A stretch of 63,965 nucleotides of DNA, the filler included, from Olpidium bornovanus S191 (lineage: Eukaryota > Fungi > Olpidiomycota), in the NCBI GenBank assembly GCA_017911155.1. It is 35 parts of 35 records of this genome, joined end to end, with 100 filler letters (N's around TTAATTAATTAA, not from the genome) between each part and the next. Parts side by side here need not be neighbours in the genome. Positions count along the whole stretch, not along the records: positions 12,489 to 13,567 come from JAEFCI010009676.1; positions 13,668 to 16,305 come from JAEFCI010005063.1; positions 16,406 to 18,955 come from JAEFCI010008913.1; positions 19,056 to 20,183 come from JAEFCI010002746.1; positions 20,284 to 23,612 come from JAEFCI010009265.1; 30 more parts are not named here. One strand, 5' to 3'. Every line of letters starts with the position of its first letter. Within the stretch, counting starts at the first letter, position 1. This document shows positions 12,489-23,612 of this stretch, piece after piece. The position numbers were made by a program, and so were the translations under genes. The notes under the pieces are model-generated. The model was given only the letters and a program-made list of their open reading frames with translations, made no database searches and was not told where the DNA came from.

Positions 12489-13381
12489 AGACAGCGCTAG
12501 TATGTCTTGATTCGTGAACTTGATTTTCACTTCCAGCTCCTTTATCTGTGATCGCAAAGCTTGAGCGAGCATTGGGACCGACAGAATTCACGGTAAACTG
12601 TTCCACATGCCCCGCCATCTTTATCGATAACAAGAGACGACTTACAGCGAGGCCGAAAAAAAAAAAAAATCGAAGTTCGGACCGCGTTACTTTTTTTTAG
12701 TACGCACTTGTCATCTTCTCGGAATACTCGCTCTCGACGGCTTTTCTCTTAGCAACGTAGGTCTCGTATTCGCGCTGGTTGCGCTCGGTCATCTCAGCGA
12801 TCAGATTCTGCTTCTCGAGCTTTTTGCCTTCCAGGTACCCGATGTACTCGGCGGTGTCGTGCTGGCAGCTCTCGATCTCAGAGCGGTAGTATTCGCTTTC
12901 CTTCTTGCTGGTTTCGTTTCGTTTCGTTTCGTTTCGTTTCGTTTCGTTTCGTTTTTTTATTTCCAGAAGAGGACGGAACCCGTCGGCGGATCAGTGATTT
13001 CCAGGCCGGATCAGCAAAGCGGCGTTTTCGCACGTTTTGCTGCGGTGCGTGCTCTCACTAGCTTGCGATCGTGTCGCGGTATTTGACGAGCTCCTTGTCG
13101 AGCGTTTCGAGCCTTCGTTTGGGGGGGCCAAGAAAAGACCCCCGCGCGAGGATTCGCAAAAAAAAAAAAAAAGTTTTTCGTTTTAACGTCCCCCGGGCGC
13201 GAAAATCGCCGACCGGCTTTCGCTTTTTTCCCCGCATTTTTTTTTTTCGCATTTACTTGGCCTTGAGCTGCTTCTCGTCCAGGCCTTCGACGCTCACGAG
13301 GAGTTTCGGCCGCCCCGGCTTGCCCTTCTTCCCCTTCTTTCCGCCGCCGGGCTTGGCCGCCTTCTTCGCGGACGCGTTCAT
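12489..13381 (-). CDS. Coiled-coil basal-body/cilia protein of the BBOF1/CCDC176 (DUF4515-like) group, 5' part
   Basis: Four phase-compatible exons: MNASAKKAAKPGGGKKGKKGK..|LETLDKELVKYRDTIAS|YKKESEYYRSEIESCQHDTAEYIGYLEGKKLEKQNLI..|LRSQIKELEVKIK. Resembles BBOF1 (LEVTELSRIKYRDT..LSYLKKQDQEKDNMI). CCDC166 or CFAP157 not excluded. Confidence 0.6.
12911..12954 (+). repeat. (GTTTC)n pentanucleotide microsatellite, about 8.8 units, intronic
   Basis: Directly visible; abuts the acceptor of the minus-strand gene. Confidence 0.95.
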
Positions 13382-13454
13382 CGCCGGTTGACAACCCCGC
13401 AGTTCAAAGGGTGTTCCTCTCGACCAGTTCGCGGGTGCGCCTTGCCTTCCGGGG

Positions 13455-13560
13455 GTGTGTGAGTGAGTGTGAGTGAGTGAGTGAGTGTGAGTGAGTGTGT
13501 GTGTGAGTGAGTGAGTGTGTGTGCGTGTGAGTGAGTGTGTGCGCGCGCGTTGTGTGTGTT
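13455..13560 (+). repeat. Compound (GTGA)n/(GT)n microsatellite
   Basis: Directly visible near the contig end. Confidence 0.9.
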
Positions 13561-13667
13561 GGGTGGGNNNNNNNNNNNNNNNNNNNNNNNNNNNNNNNNN
13601 NNNNNNNNNNNTTAATTAATTAANNNNNNNNNNNNNNNNNNNNNNNNNNNNNNNNNNNNNNNNNNNN

Positions 13668-13708
<41 letters not shown>

Positions 13709-14202
13709 GCCAAATGATACGGTGGTACGCACCCTTGCGTTCCCGATGCGCACCGTGAGGGCGACGTAAATCATCCACAAAACGTTCGGTGCAAATTTTT
13801 GAGGAGTTTCTTGGCCCGACGTCAATCAAAAGGTTGGGAACATTCCCCGGCCCCCGCGCAACGGAGTGGCTGACCGCAAATTTGTCACACACCGCGTACT
13901 TCGTCATCGCGTCTACCGCAGCCCCTCCCCGAGGAGTCGACACCTTCGTCGTCATCAACCGTGGTTGTCGCCTCGCCACCGCAGTTCCCATCAATAAGAC
14001 ACGTCCCGTCACTCTACTCTCCGCTTCATCGGTCGATCGATGTGTGACGGACGGTGTTCCGGTTGTTCCGGTGTGTGTTTTGGTTTCAGGGCCGAACCAG
14101 TGGAACCAGCCGAGGTGGGCCGACCACGCGCGAATTATATGGCCCCCCCCCCCCCCCATCTACGAAAGCATCTATTTGCACCCGTCCCACAGCGCGCAAA
14201 GC

Positions 14203-15040
14203 CTAGATGTCGAGTCCGAGGTCCGACCAGCAAAAGTCTGCTCCGGGCCCGATCCAGCCGGGCTCTGCGGGAGTCTCGAGTTTTTTCAGGAGATCAGCAA
14301 CCTGGAGGTCTGGGAAGAAGAAGGCGATCTCGCGTGCGGCACTGGCGTCGCTATCTGCAAGGGCGTGAAAGCACCCGTGAGCGAAATGAGGGGGGGGGCC
14401 GGTTGATAACCGAAATTTCCCTTCTGCTAACGTTCGGCAGGGACGTACCGGAACCGTGAAAGGAGTTTCTGGTGTCCGTGACGCCAAACTGTGCGCGCAG
14501 CGTCTTCGCGGGGTCCTCGAGGCGGGCTCTGCTAGGCCCGAAAAAAATAAAAATAAAAATAAAAAAATTGGCAAGAATCCAGTTGTTTAACATCGCCATA
14601 TCTCGGCAAGCCTGGGGGGGGGGGGAGTTTTGGAGGGGTTCATGCCCCGCGGCCAACAGGAAATCGCGGTTGCGGAAAAAGATGTCAGCGGCGCACCCGC
14701 ACCTTACTGGCCTCGTCGGCCCTATTAGGGCTCTCCAGTCCGCGACCGCGCCCGGCTTTGCGAGCACCAGGGCTGCGAAGGGCCCGCTCGACATGTACCC
14801 GGTGAGCCTCCGGAAGAAGAATCTCCCCCGGTGCTCGGCATAGAAAGACTCCGCCTCGCTCAGCGACCACAGCACTGGCCTCCCCCGACAAACGCGGAAC
14901 CCGCCGGCGAGCAACCACTCCCTCACTGTCCTGTGAGCGGAAGGGTGCGCCACCAGGTCCGGTTTGAGCAAAGCCAGAGTCACTTGCAGCGGCGGCACTT
15001 TTACCGGCAAGGGCGTTGAGGAGAGATGTCGGGCTGCCAT
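14203..15040 (-). CDS. NME6: Nucleoside diphosphate kinase 6-like
   Basis: LQVTLALLKPDLVAHP..FYAEHRGRFFFRRLTGYMSSGP..WRALIGPTRPV|RARLEDP..RAQFGVTDTRNSFHGS|DSDASAAREIAFFFPD; catalytic His in HGS present. Confidence 0.88.
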
Positions 15041-15419
15041 TGCGCCGGCCTTGGATCTGTCAAACGCAATGGTTGGGCATCTTTTGCGCCGGGAAAACCG
15101 ACCCCCCTGCCGGGAAAGTTTCGTTAAATTTGGGTGCGGCGGACATATGCTTGCATGAAATAGACAAAAAAAAAACGCCCGCCAAATAAATTAGAGCCAG
15201 AAAAAATTGACGGAAATTGCAGCAACAAATTGAAATGGGCCAACGGCCAAAACGAAAAAAAAAAAGTCCCTACAGGGACCGGAAACGACCGAACCGCCGC
15301 CGCCCTCGTTCCTGCTTGAGGCCGTTTCCCCCCCCCCCCCCCCCCCCTCATCCCCGCGCGGTCCTCTCTCACATCCGCAACGCCAGCCGTCGGACGCCCA
15401 TCGCGCGCGGCAGGTAGCT

Positions 15420-16113
15420 TCCGACGGTGAGCTTGAATGGTAGACCGGCGAAATTGTGGTTTTCCACTCGATGTCAAAAACGTCCGGAGACAGCAGGAAG
15501 CCCTTCAGGTTCAGCACGACGCGGGTCTTGGTCAACTCCAAGTTGATCCGGAAGCGCCTGCGGTCTCCGTAGATGTGCGTGCGCCCGGGTTCTTTGCCCT
15601 TCTGCCTGGAACGGGGTGGTCCAAGGGCCCGCGCGCGGAAGACAGTGCAGGGTGACCAGGCGTGAGTGAGGAGGGCCAACGCAAAAAGCCAAAAAAAAAA
15701 AAAAAAGGCCCGGCGCAAAACAGAAAGGGGTTTCGCAAGCAGCGCGTAGAACGAAATCCGGGCGCGGCTCGGGCGTGCCCCGCACCCTCCCCCGGCGCTC
15801 CGTTTTCTGCAGTCCTCTTGGCCTTCGCGTGGGAAGCTGCGACCGCAACCCGGTCGAATTCCTTCGCGGGGGGGTTTTTTTTTTCCCTCACCTCGACGTG
15901 GCCGTACGTCCGCGGGCCGCGGGAATGAGAAGGCGGGCGACCGGCCCGGTTCCCGTAAACCGCCGCCGTTTTCCAATTGCCCGTCCGTGAGAAGAAACGG
16001 GGCACCCCCGTTGAAGCACAGCGTTCAGCTTCCGAACGAGAACCCGTCTTCTCCTCTCTTCTTACCGAACCCGTCTTCTCCTCCCTTCTTACCGAGTGCG
16101 GCGAACGCTCCAA
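15420..16113 (-). CDS. Putative multi-exon hypothetical protein
   Basis: Coding-like exon cag|KGKEPGRTHIYGDRRRFRINLELTKTRVVLNLKGFLLSPDVFDI with strong GC3, plus small upstream exons with gtgagg/gtgcgg donors. Boundaries uncertain. Confidence 0.3.
16040..16093 (+). repeat. 27-bp tandem duplication (2 copies, 1 mismatch)
   Basis: gaacccgtcttctcctc(t/c)cttcttacc x2; encodes a repeated SVRREEKTG on the minus strand. Confidence 0.9.
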
Positions 16114-16248
16114 ACCGACTGCGATTGTGTTCTGATCGTATTCCGCAGGTTATGCGCCGAGCCGCCGGAAGCCCTCCCAGCTACGCGGAGAAGCTCCCCG
16201 CCGCGCTGCCGACGCGGTGCCCGCGAGGAGGAGCTCCCGCGCCGACCG

Positions 16249-16293
<45 letters not shown>

Positions 16294-16440
16294 CCCCGCC
16301 CCCGCNNNNNNNNNNNNNNNNNNNNNNNNNNNNNNNNNNNNNNNNNNNNTTAATTAATTAANNNNNNNNNNNNNNNNNNNNNNNNNNNNNNNNNNNNNNN
16401 NNNNNCACACCCACGCCCACGCCCACGCCCGTCACCTGCA

Positions 16441-18312
16441 GTGGCCCGCCACGTTGCACCCTGTTGCGCCGCCTGTCGCCACCGAGTTTCCATGCAGTCG
16501 GTTACCACCGGAGTGCCCGCTGGCGGCTTTGTCGCGCGCGACAGAACGCCTCCGCGCATTTCCGGCTCCAACGCCGCGGCCGCCGCGGCCGTCTCGATAG
16601 ACGTCCGTCACGACCCCTACCAGCGGGACAGCGCCAACCACCGGCACGAGCGCTACGACCACGATAAAGGTCTCGGCCGCGAAGACGCGTACCCCGTTGC
16701 GCTGCCGGCCGCCGCCCTCCCCTTCGCCGAACCCCTCGCCGCAGCGTCGGGCACGTATCCTTTCCAGGACGGCCACTCGGGAGGACAGTACTTTACCGCG
16801 GACGGCACAGACGCGCGCTTTTGCGAGGTCGGCGAGCACGTTAGCGGAGCATCCCACGTCGAGGGCGGCGACGCCGTCCGCAGCTTCCACGGTGCCGGTG
16901 CTACCCGCGACAACTGCGAGTTTGCAGAGTCCACCTCGCAGTCTCCGGCCTTAAAGTTCGAAGATGCCGCAGAGAAATATAACGAGGAACAACCGGCAGT
17001 TCGGCCAAAAGGGAGGCGGTTCTCGCGCGCCGAGGTCGATTTACTGAACGATGTTTTCCGGAGAAACGAAAACCCGGACATTGAGCTGCGCGGCCAGCTC
17101 GCAGAGCTCCTTGGAAACGGCGTCACCCCGCGGATCGTTTACGTGTGGTTCCAGAACCGGCGGCAGAAGAAGAGGCGCGAGGAGGTTATGTGTAGCATAG
17201 AGCAGGATTTGTCTTTACACAGCGTGGGGGACAAGAAACCGAAGCGGGGTCGTCCGCGCAAGAACCTGGTCCAGCGTGTGCCGCATAACGCGTCGGAATT
17301 TTTGCAGTCACTCAGACGGCAACCTGTGCCGTCGTCTGGTGACTCTGCCGCTGGGTGCGGCGGCGCGAGCCTGTCGGAAGCCGACGACTGCGCCGAGCAA
17401 ACGCCCAAATCAACGACTCCCAAGCGGCGGCGATTCGTTCCCGACCAATTGGCGGCGCTGAACGAGGCGTTCGCGGAGAACCCCCGGCCCGACGCCGCCA
17501 CGCGCCAGCAGCTATCACAGTCGCTTCGCGTCCCTCTCCATTCCGTCGATGTGTGGTTCCAAAACCAGCGCCAGAGGGCTCGCCGGCAGACTCTGCCGGG
17601 GAACACCCCGACCGCCGGACGAGCTTCGGCAGGGGGTTTAGCGGAAGGTTCGGCGACCGCCGACGGCCAGGTTTTGAATCAATCGGGATTGAGCGACTCG
17701 GCTCTCGCGACGGGCAACGACCGGAAGCTGCAGAATATCGAGCACGCGAACTTTGAGCCGCCTACGGGCGGTTTGGCGCAAGTGATGTACTACCCTTCGA
17801 AAGCAGGCTGCGAAGCGCGCAGGCTGGAAAAGGAGGGCGGCCCGCCGAGCGACTCGAATTCGGAAGCGTCCAACATGGCAGTCTCGCTCAGCGTCCGCCT
17901 GCGGAGGAGGATGACCGAAGAGGACCTCGACACATTGAACTCCGTGTTCGTGCAGACGCAGAACCCGGATTCGGTGATGCGGTATGAGCTGGCCAAGAAG
18001 CTTGGGGCGACACCGAAGCAGATCCGCTCGTGGTTTCAGAACCAGAAGCAGAAGCTCCGTAGGGGCGAGACCGTCGCTGGCATGACTCTGGCCGCGGGCC
18101 GCGGCGGCAGCGGCGAAATGGGGGAGGGCAGTTCGGACGATGCCAGCGAAGATGTCGGCCTGCACTTGGTGCGACCCGCGGACTCGAACGGTTACGTCGG
18201 CCTGCCAACCTTGCCGTCCCCGGTGCACAGTTTGAGAGCCGAAGCAGAAGGCTTTCTCTTTCCGGCTGTGGTGACCATTGAGGGGTCCCACGTTGCGGTT
18301 CTCGAAATATAA
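16441..18312 (+). CDS. Intronless transcription factor with three homeodomains and an AT-hook
   Basis: 623-codon ORF. HD1 about 17002-17180 (VYVWFQNRRQK), HD2 about 17419-17590 (VDVWFQNQRQR), HD3 about 17896-18063 (IRSWFQNQKQK); AT-hook KPKRGRPRK about 17239-17262. First ATG is at 16492. Confidence 0.9.
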   Translation: MARHVAPCCAACRHRVSMQSVTTGVPAGGFVARDRTPPRISGSNAAAAAAVSIDVRHDPYQRDSANHRHERYDHDKGLGREDAYPVALPAAALPFAEPLAAASGTYPFQDGHSGGQYFTADGTDARFCEVGEHVSGASHVEGGDAVRSFHGAGATRDNCEFAESTSQSPALKFEDAAEKYNEEQPAVRPKGRRFSRAEVDLLNDVFRRNENPDIELRGQLAELLGNGVTPRIVYVWFQNRRQKKRREEVMCSIEQDLSLHSVGDKKPKRGRPRKNLVQRVPHNASEFLQSLRRQPVPSSGDSAAGCGGASLSEADDCAEQTPKSTTPKRRRFVPDQLAALNEAFAENPRPDAATRQQLSQSLRVPLHSVDVWFQNQRQRARRQTLPGNTPTAGRASAGGLAEGSATADGQVLNQSGLSDSALATGNDRKLQNIEHANFEPPTGGLAQVMYYPSKAGCEARRLEKEGGPPSDSNSEASNMAVSLSVRLRRRMTEEDLDTLNSVFVQTQNPDSVMRYELAKKLGATPKQIRSWFQNQKQKLRRGETVAGMTLAAGRGGSGEMGEGSSDDASEDVGLHLVRPADSNGYVGLPTLPSPVHSLRAEAEGFLFPAVVTIEGSHVAVLEI

Positions 18313-19055
18313 GGATGAATCACGGTCTTCGCCGGGCGGCGTTGCAATAAACGGTGAGCAACGTTTTTTTTTTAATTGCTGGGTAGAGAAATTTTCGAAA
18401 CGGAAGTTCTCGTGGCATTGCTTCCTGAACGGCTTCACGTTTCTTTTTCCCTTTTCCCCTGCTTGCAGCTGTGCCTCCACGGGTTCGACAGGTGATCCGG
18501 GAAGTCCCTGCTATGCACAAAAAAGATAATTTGACATTTTGAGCGGTCGTTCTCTCGAGACAAAATTTTTGGGATTGCTTTCGATATTCCGTCAAGTTGC
18601 CGTGCGAACGAAAACGCCAAAACAAGAACATAAAAACTCCCGCCGTCAGTAGCCGGGGCGGAGAGAGCCCGAAAACCCGTTTGTCTTTCTCTTCCGCATC
18701 ATTGCTTACTCGCCGCCAGCGCTTTTCTTGGCTTCGCTGGTTTCCCACGAAACGTTTTCTCCGAATTATCTACGCGTTTTTGTCCCCGGTCCAATATAAC
18801 CTCGCTTTGTTTCCACGTCGCTTCACCGCACGAAGCATGCTTTTTTTGCCACTTTTATGCCTCACCCCTCCCCACCACCACCACCACCCCCACCCCCAAT
18901 TGAGTTTTTTCTTTCCGTATACCTAGTATCATCCGCTTTCCGTTATCGTTCCCGGNNNNNNNNNNNNNNNNNNNNNNNNNNNNNNNNNNNNNNNNNNNNT
19001 TAATTAATTAANNNNNNNNNNNNNNNNNNNNNNNNNNNNNNNNNNNNNNNNNNNN

Positions 19056-19224
19056 GCCGCGAAGCGCGTAACACGTAGCATTCGTTGTCCACCGGCGAAG
19101 GCGCAACGAACCCTGTGAAAACTCTCACCTCCTGAACGCCTGGGGGTCGTGAGGCGCCGGGATACGACTGCTGTAGCAGTTGCATGACCTCCGTCAAAAC
19201 GTGAGGTTGAGGCTGCCACGCCAT
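19056..19224 (-). CDS. Probable first exon of transportin-1/Kap104
   Basis: MAWQPQPHVLTEVMQLLQQS..VQE|gtgaga (exon 19224-19129) resembles the fungal transportin start MxWQPQxxGLxQLLQLL. Only about 32 aa are available. Confidence 0.5.
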
Positions 19225-20283
19225 GACGTGTCAAACTTGAGTAAACCGGTACTGTCGCGGTTGTGTAACCGGCGGAGAAGGCAACGATAACAGACACGGT
19301 AGTCAGGCACACCAGACGACGGGCAGTATTCGTAGAACAGAGGTCAAGCAGGACTCTTCTGTTGTAGAAAAACGACGGCGACCGTTCCTGCAAGCTCCTC
19401 TGCGATCATATCACCCATCCGGTCAGAACGCGGCCAAGGCGGCAGCGCGACCGCTTTTTCCAGCCCCGACTTGGAAGCGCCCGCCGTTCCGGCAGCGCAA
19501 CAAAGAAACCAACCACGGCGGTTCCACAGGGTCGCAGCCCGCGTGTCCACGGCACATTGCCAGGTCCGGCCTGTTTCGTGCACTACCTTTGAGCTGCCGA
19601 GCAAAGGGTTTATGTCAGCGACACGGAAGAGCGCGGCAAAACGGGCCCAAGCTTGCGAGCTGCAACTGTCCGCCGCCCGCCCGGCGACCTGAGCGCGTCG
19701 CACCGTGCTGCACTTCCTCCGGGCGACCTCAGGCGGCGGACGTTCGGCGTGCAGCCAAAAATTCTTCCTTCCCCTGGCCGGCGTCCGGGGGGGTGGAGGG
19801 ACAGAACAGCGCAGACCGCCCCTCCGCCGTGCCACCGGAGCCGTCTCCTGCGCAAAAAGCCGACCCGTTCCTTTCGCTCCCTCCCTCCCGCGCCTACACT
19901 CTCTCGGGAACGGACGAGGCGGCAAAGAAATGTTGGTTTTTTTCCAGGTGGGAGCCGGCTTCGGGGCGGTCTCCTCGTTCTCTCCGGCGGCGCGAGCAGC
20001 GTGTGCGGCGGCGGCGGGTCGTCTGATAGACCTTGGGGCGGGCGGGCGGGGAGGGGAGCCCAGGGGTGGGGTGGGCGGGGGAAAGGGCACCGGGGGATGC
20101 AGAGGGGCCAGGGCGGAGAGAGGCCGCAGAGTCAACACAACGCACGCACCGCAAGATTACGTCAAATATAATTACAGTAGAACNNNNNNNNNNNNNNNNN
20201 NNNNNNNNNNNNNNNNNNNNNNNNNNNTTAATTAATTAANNNNNNNNNNNNNNNNNNNNNNNNNNNNNNNNNNNNNNNNNNNN

Positions 20284-20701
20284 CTCGCTGCCCGTCGGAT
20301 GGCTCTGGTGCGAGACCTGGTGCGACGACGCCTCCCTGGCGAAGGCGAAGACAATCGATCTTGTACGTCTTACGCCCAATTTTTTTTTTTTCCTTTGATT
20401 TCAAGCTTCGTTTTTTCGTTTTCCGCATTTTTTTTTCCGTCGAAGCCGGCGCTCCGTGTATTCATTCTGCGCGCAACTTCCGGGGCGCGGTTTCTGTCCC
20501 TTCAAGTGCAATAACCCGCAGACGAAAGAGCCCAAGCTGGAGCGTGCCAAGAGGTTGTTGCCGGAATGGGAGGGACTCGACAACGAGGTCACGGCGCTCC
20601 GGAAAAAGGTTTCGCTGGCCGTCACGACCGCGGCGCCGCTTTCTGACGCCAAATCGGAAGCGTCTAACGTAGCCGGAACCCCAATTAAAGACGAGCTGTA
20701 A
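20284..20701 (+). CDS. UGGT: UDP-glucose:glycoprotein glucosyltransferase, last two exons
   Basis: [26 protein letters not shown]|[21 protein letters not shown] ending KDEL*; intron 20363-20506. Confidence 0.93.
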
Positions 20702-21052
20702 GCTCTGAATATCATAGATCGGGCCAACGGACCCGGGCCCTATTTTTCCGTGGGCCAGGATGCAGCTTTGCCTTTTGTCCGGCGGGCCGGGATGCAGCTT
20801 TCGTTGAAAAGGAGAACCGGCCGGAGTTCGGTGGCAGCGGGTTTTGATGTCCGGTGCAGCCCAGGTTGCGAAACTCTGCAGCAGGCTCTCTGATAGCCCA
20901 CCGCAGTACCGTTTCCCCGAGCAGACGAAGGTGGTATTACAAATCGTGCCACCCAGCGTCTTCGGAACCACAGCCGTTTTTCCTGGCGGGGCCTCGCAGG
21001 CGATGACGGCAGGGCGTGTGTTGTTGCCGGCTCCGCGCCAAACGGCCGCTTC

Positions 21053-22492
21053 CTAGTCAGCCAGTAATTGCGGGTGCTCTTCCCAAAATTGGTCCCCTAT
21101 GATGTCGACGTTGAGATGGACGATCGCCGTTTCCTTTCGCGTTGGCGGCCGAGACCCGGCAGTCTTCCCGACGCCCGATTCCTGCGGCGGCGACGCACTC
21201 GCCGCGGCTGGAGCCGCACCTGGCACGGACGGCCCGGTTGGCGTTGGCTGGTCGGCGCGATTGGCCGCGGGACAAGTTTATTAGCGCAAATCACGTGTGA
21301 CGTCGACTTCGACGCACGCCCTCGTTTGGCCCGACTCGCCCGCACCTCTTCCCGCGGTACCCGCCGGATAAGGGTCGTCCCTTTGCGGTACATTTCCGGC
21401 AGCTTCGAGTAGTTTATGCCGAACCTCGAGAACAGGATTTCGTTTTTGTCGCTGGCGCGTGTTCCCTGTCCACAAAAAAAAAACGTTCCGGTCACCCAAC
21501 ATCCGTGTTCGTCGCCCGTGCGCTTGCGAGACAGTCCAGCATTCCGTCGTCGGGGTGAAGCGGCTCCTCCAGCGCACACACACACACGCACACTCAGAGC
21601 CTTCATGGCCTCGTTTTCCGTCATGCCGCCCAGCAAGACGAGATTCCAGAAAGTGGTGTTGTAAAGGTTGTTGATGTGCGTGTCGACCTGCCGCCAGGAC
21701 AAGTAGTCGCGGAGGCACCCGTCACTCGGGTAGAGGACAGCTCGGCCGTCGAACGACGGTGCGTAAGTGAGCGGCGTCGACTCGAAAAATGACGGCCATT
21801 TCAGCACGTAGTTCGAGGTGAATAGCGACACGATGACGCTTACGATCTTGCTGGCCGCCCGCGACGGCCGCACCCCCATCCACAAGCACACACACGCCGC
21901 CCCGTCGCGAACAGCGAGTGCCTCGTCAGATTGACAAGCAAACAAACAAGGGTTTTCGACAACCGGGCGGTTCTTTCCTCGCACCTTTCCCGCCTCCGAT
22001 ACAGCTCGCAACTTTTCGGCAAGACAAAGCTGGCGAGATTTTTTTTTTTTTTTTTGCGCGCAGACGCCAATAAAGGGGACCCGAGGTGGGAAAACGCGAT
22101 TTCGTCGGAACGCGGCAGCGAAGCACACACGCACCTGTACTCGTCGCTCTGGCCGAACGCCAGCGCGATAGCCCCAAACTCCTGCATAACAGCTTCAGCC
22201 GCCGCGTTCATGAGCTTCAGCGCGCGTTCGTCATTGGGTTTCTGAAACTTGTGTACGTCGGAAAGCCTGCGCGGCGGCCCGCGCGGCCGCTCTCTGGTCA
22301 GCGAAACCGTGCCCCGGCGTTCCTTCGGGAGCGAAGCGGGCAAGGTGGCGGTTGCGCGGGTGCGGAAAAAAAACAACTGGAATCTCGCCTGTGAAAGCCC
22401 TTCCCGTCGACGCGGACGACGATCCAGCAGCGGGGAAGCAGCGCGTCGTCCGCCTCGAACTGCTTAACGTACTCGTACTTGCTGTTGGCCAT
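21053..22492 (-). CDS. THG1: tRNA(His) guanylyltransferase, apparently complete
   Basis: MANSKYEYVKQFE..VRVDGKGFH|..KPND..GQSDEY|SFVL..|SKI..FDGRAVLYPS..YLSWRQVDTHINNLYNT..|..KNEILF..GINY..YRKGT..|..NVDIIGDQFWEEHP; catalytic Asp motifs intact. Confidence 0.95.
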
Positions 22493-22892
22493 GTCTCTCC
22501 GCCGCCGGGATCCGCCAGGACGCGGGCTTGCGTCGGCAGCGACCTCGCGCGCCGGCGCGGCTGCCGGGCTTTGGGTCCCGTCCGTTTCCACGGGACGCAG
22601 CGCGCCGAGCCTGAGCGAGCGGTCACTTTGGCGGCAGCGGGAGAGCGGAGCGCGGGGCGGATATCCGGAAGTCCCGGCGGCGTGAAGACAAGAACGCTGT
22701 TGCCGGAAGGAGCGGGCGAAAGCTGCTGCGGCGGCGGAAGGAGCGGCGCCCCGCGTGGACGCGGAGGAGAGCGGCAGCAACAGCACCAGTGGGGTTGCTC
22801 TCGACGGCGGTCGGAACGCCATGCGCGGCGAAAAACGCCAGCAAAGAAAAAAAAAAAAAAAAAAAAAAAAAAGGGAACTGGAGGCGCGGAAC

Positions 22893-23612
22893 TAGGGTTC
22901 CTACCCGCGGGGTCTGGTACGGGTTTTGCCTAAACCCGAACCCGTACCCGTGGCGGTTTGAAGAACCCGTACCGGTACCTGAGCAGCTTCAGCGAAACCC
23001 GTACCCGTACCCGTACCCGGCGGGTAGATCTATTGAATTTTACTTCTGCTTATATTTATTTGTAGTTTGCTTTTTTTCTTTAGTACATGCCTACGACTAA
23101 TCTTTCTTTTGCTGCACAACACCGAATTCTTTATGCCAATTCTTTATCAAGACAAGCATCTCAAGTGTCTCGGGACTCATGCAGGTACGATCCCATCTTA
23201 GAACTCTGCGACCAGAAGAGAAGACCCGTTCAGAAGGGGCACTGGTTGCCGGGATTGCGTGAACATATTTGACCATTTTGGCCAATGTCGGAAACTTAGA
23301 GCTGTGCGATTTCCAAAATGCAAGGACATCCAGATCACCGTTGGCCTGATTCATGAGTGTGTACACGTTGATCTCGGCTTCAACACTTGTCATGGGCTGG
23401 GCTCGCTTCTTGAATAAACGGGATTTGAGCCTGTTGGAGCTGAAACCGGACGATCCAGATGTTGATGTAGATTCCACGGGCTCGCTGTTGACATGGAACT
23501 TGTCGGCCATGCGAATAACCAAGTCGGTAACCTCGCAGGCGGGCTTGCCTTGGAAGTGAGTAGCGTCTTCCCACTCGTTCATTTTGAAAAACGAGGGGCT
23601 GAACCTTGGATC
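22893..23612 (-). mobile_element. One end of a hAT-superfamily DNA transposon with candidate TIR and subterminal repeats
   Basis: Terminus TAGGGTTCCTACCCGCGGG at 22893 (Ac-like YAGGG start), an array of ACCCG/GTACCC repeats to about 23025, then the transposase 3' end. Confidence 0.85.
23097..23612 (-). CDS. hAT transposase C-terminus (dimerisation domain)
   Basis: Frame open from the contig end: DPRF..LAFWKSHSSKFPTLAKMVKYVHAIPATSAPSERVFSSG..R..MSPETLEMLVLIKNW. Confidence 0.92.
   Translation of the reverse strand, partial: DPRFSPSFFKMNEWEDATHFQGKPACEVTDLVIRMADKFHVNSEPVESTSTSGSSGFSSNRLKSRLFKKRAQPMTSVEAEINVYTLMNQANGDLDVLAFWKSHSSKFPTLAKMVKYVHAIPATSAPSERVFSSGRRVLRWDRTCMSPETLEMLVLIKNWHKEFGVVQQKKD

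Noticed and set aside
13789-14406. 205-aa plus-strand ORF
   Set aside because: Its 3' third is antisense to the last NME6 exon, and the rest has no recognisable motif or clear splice structure.
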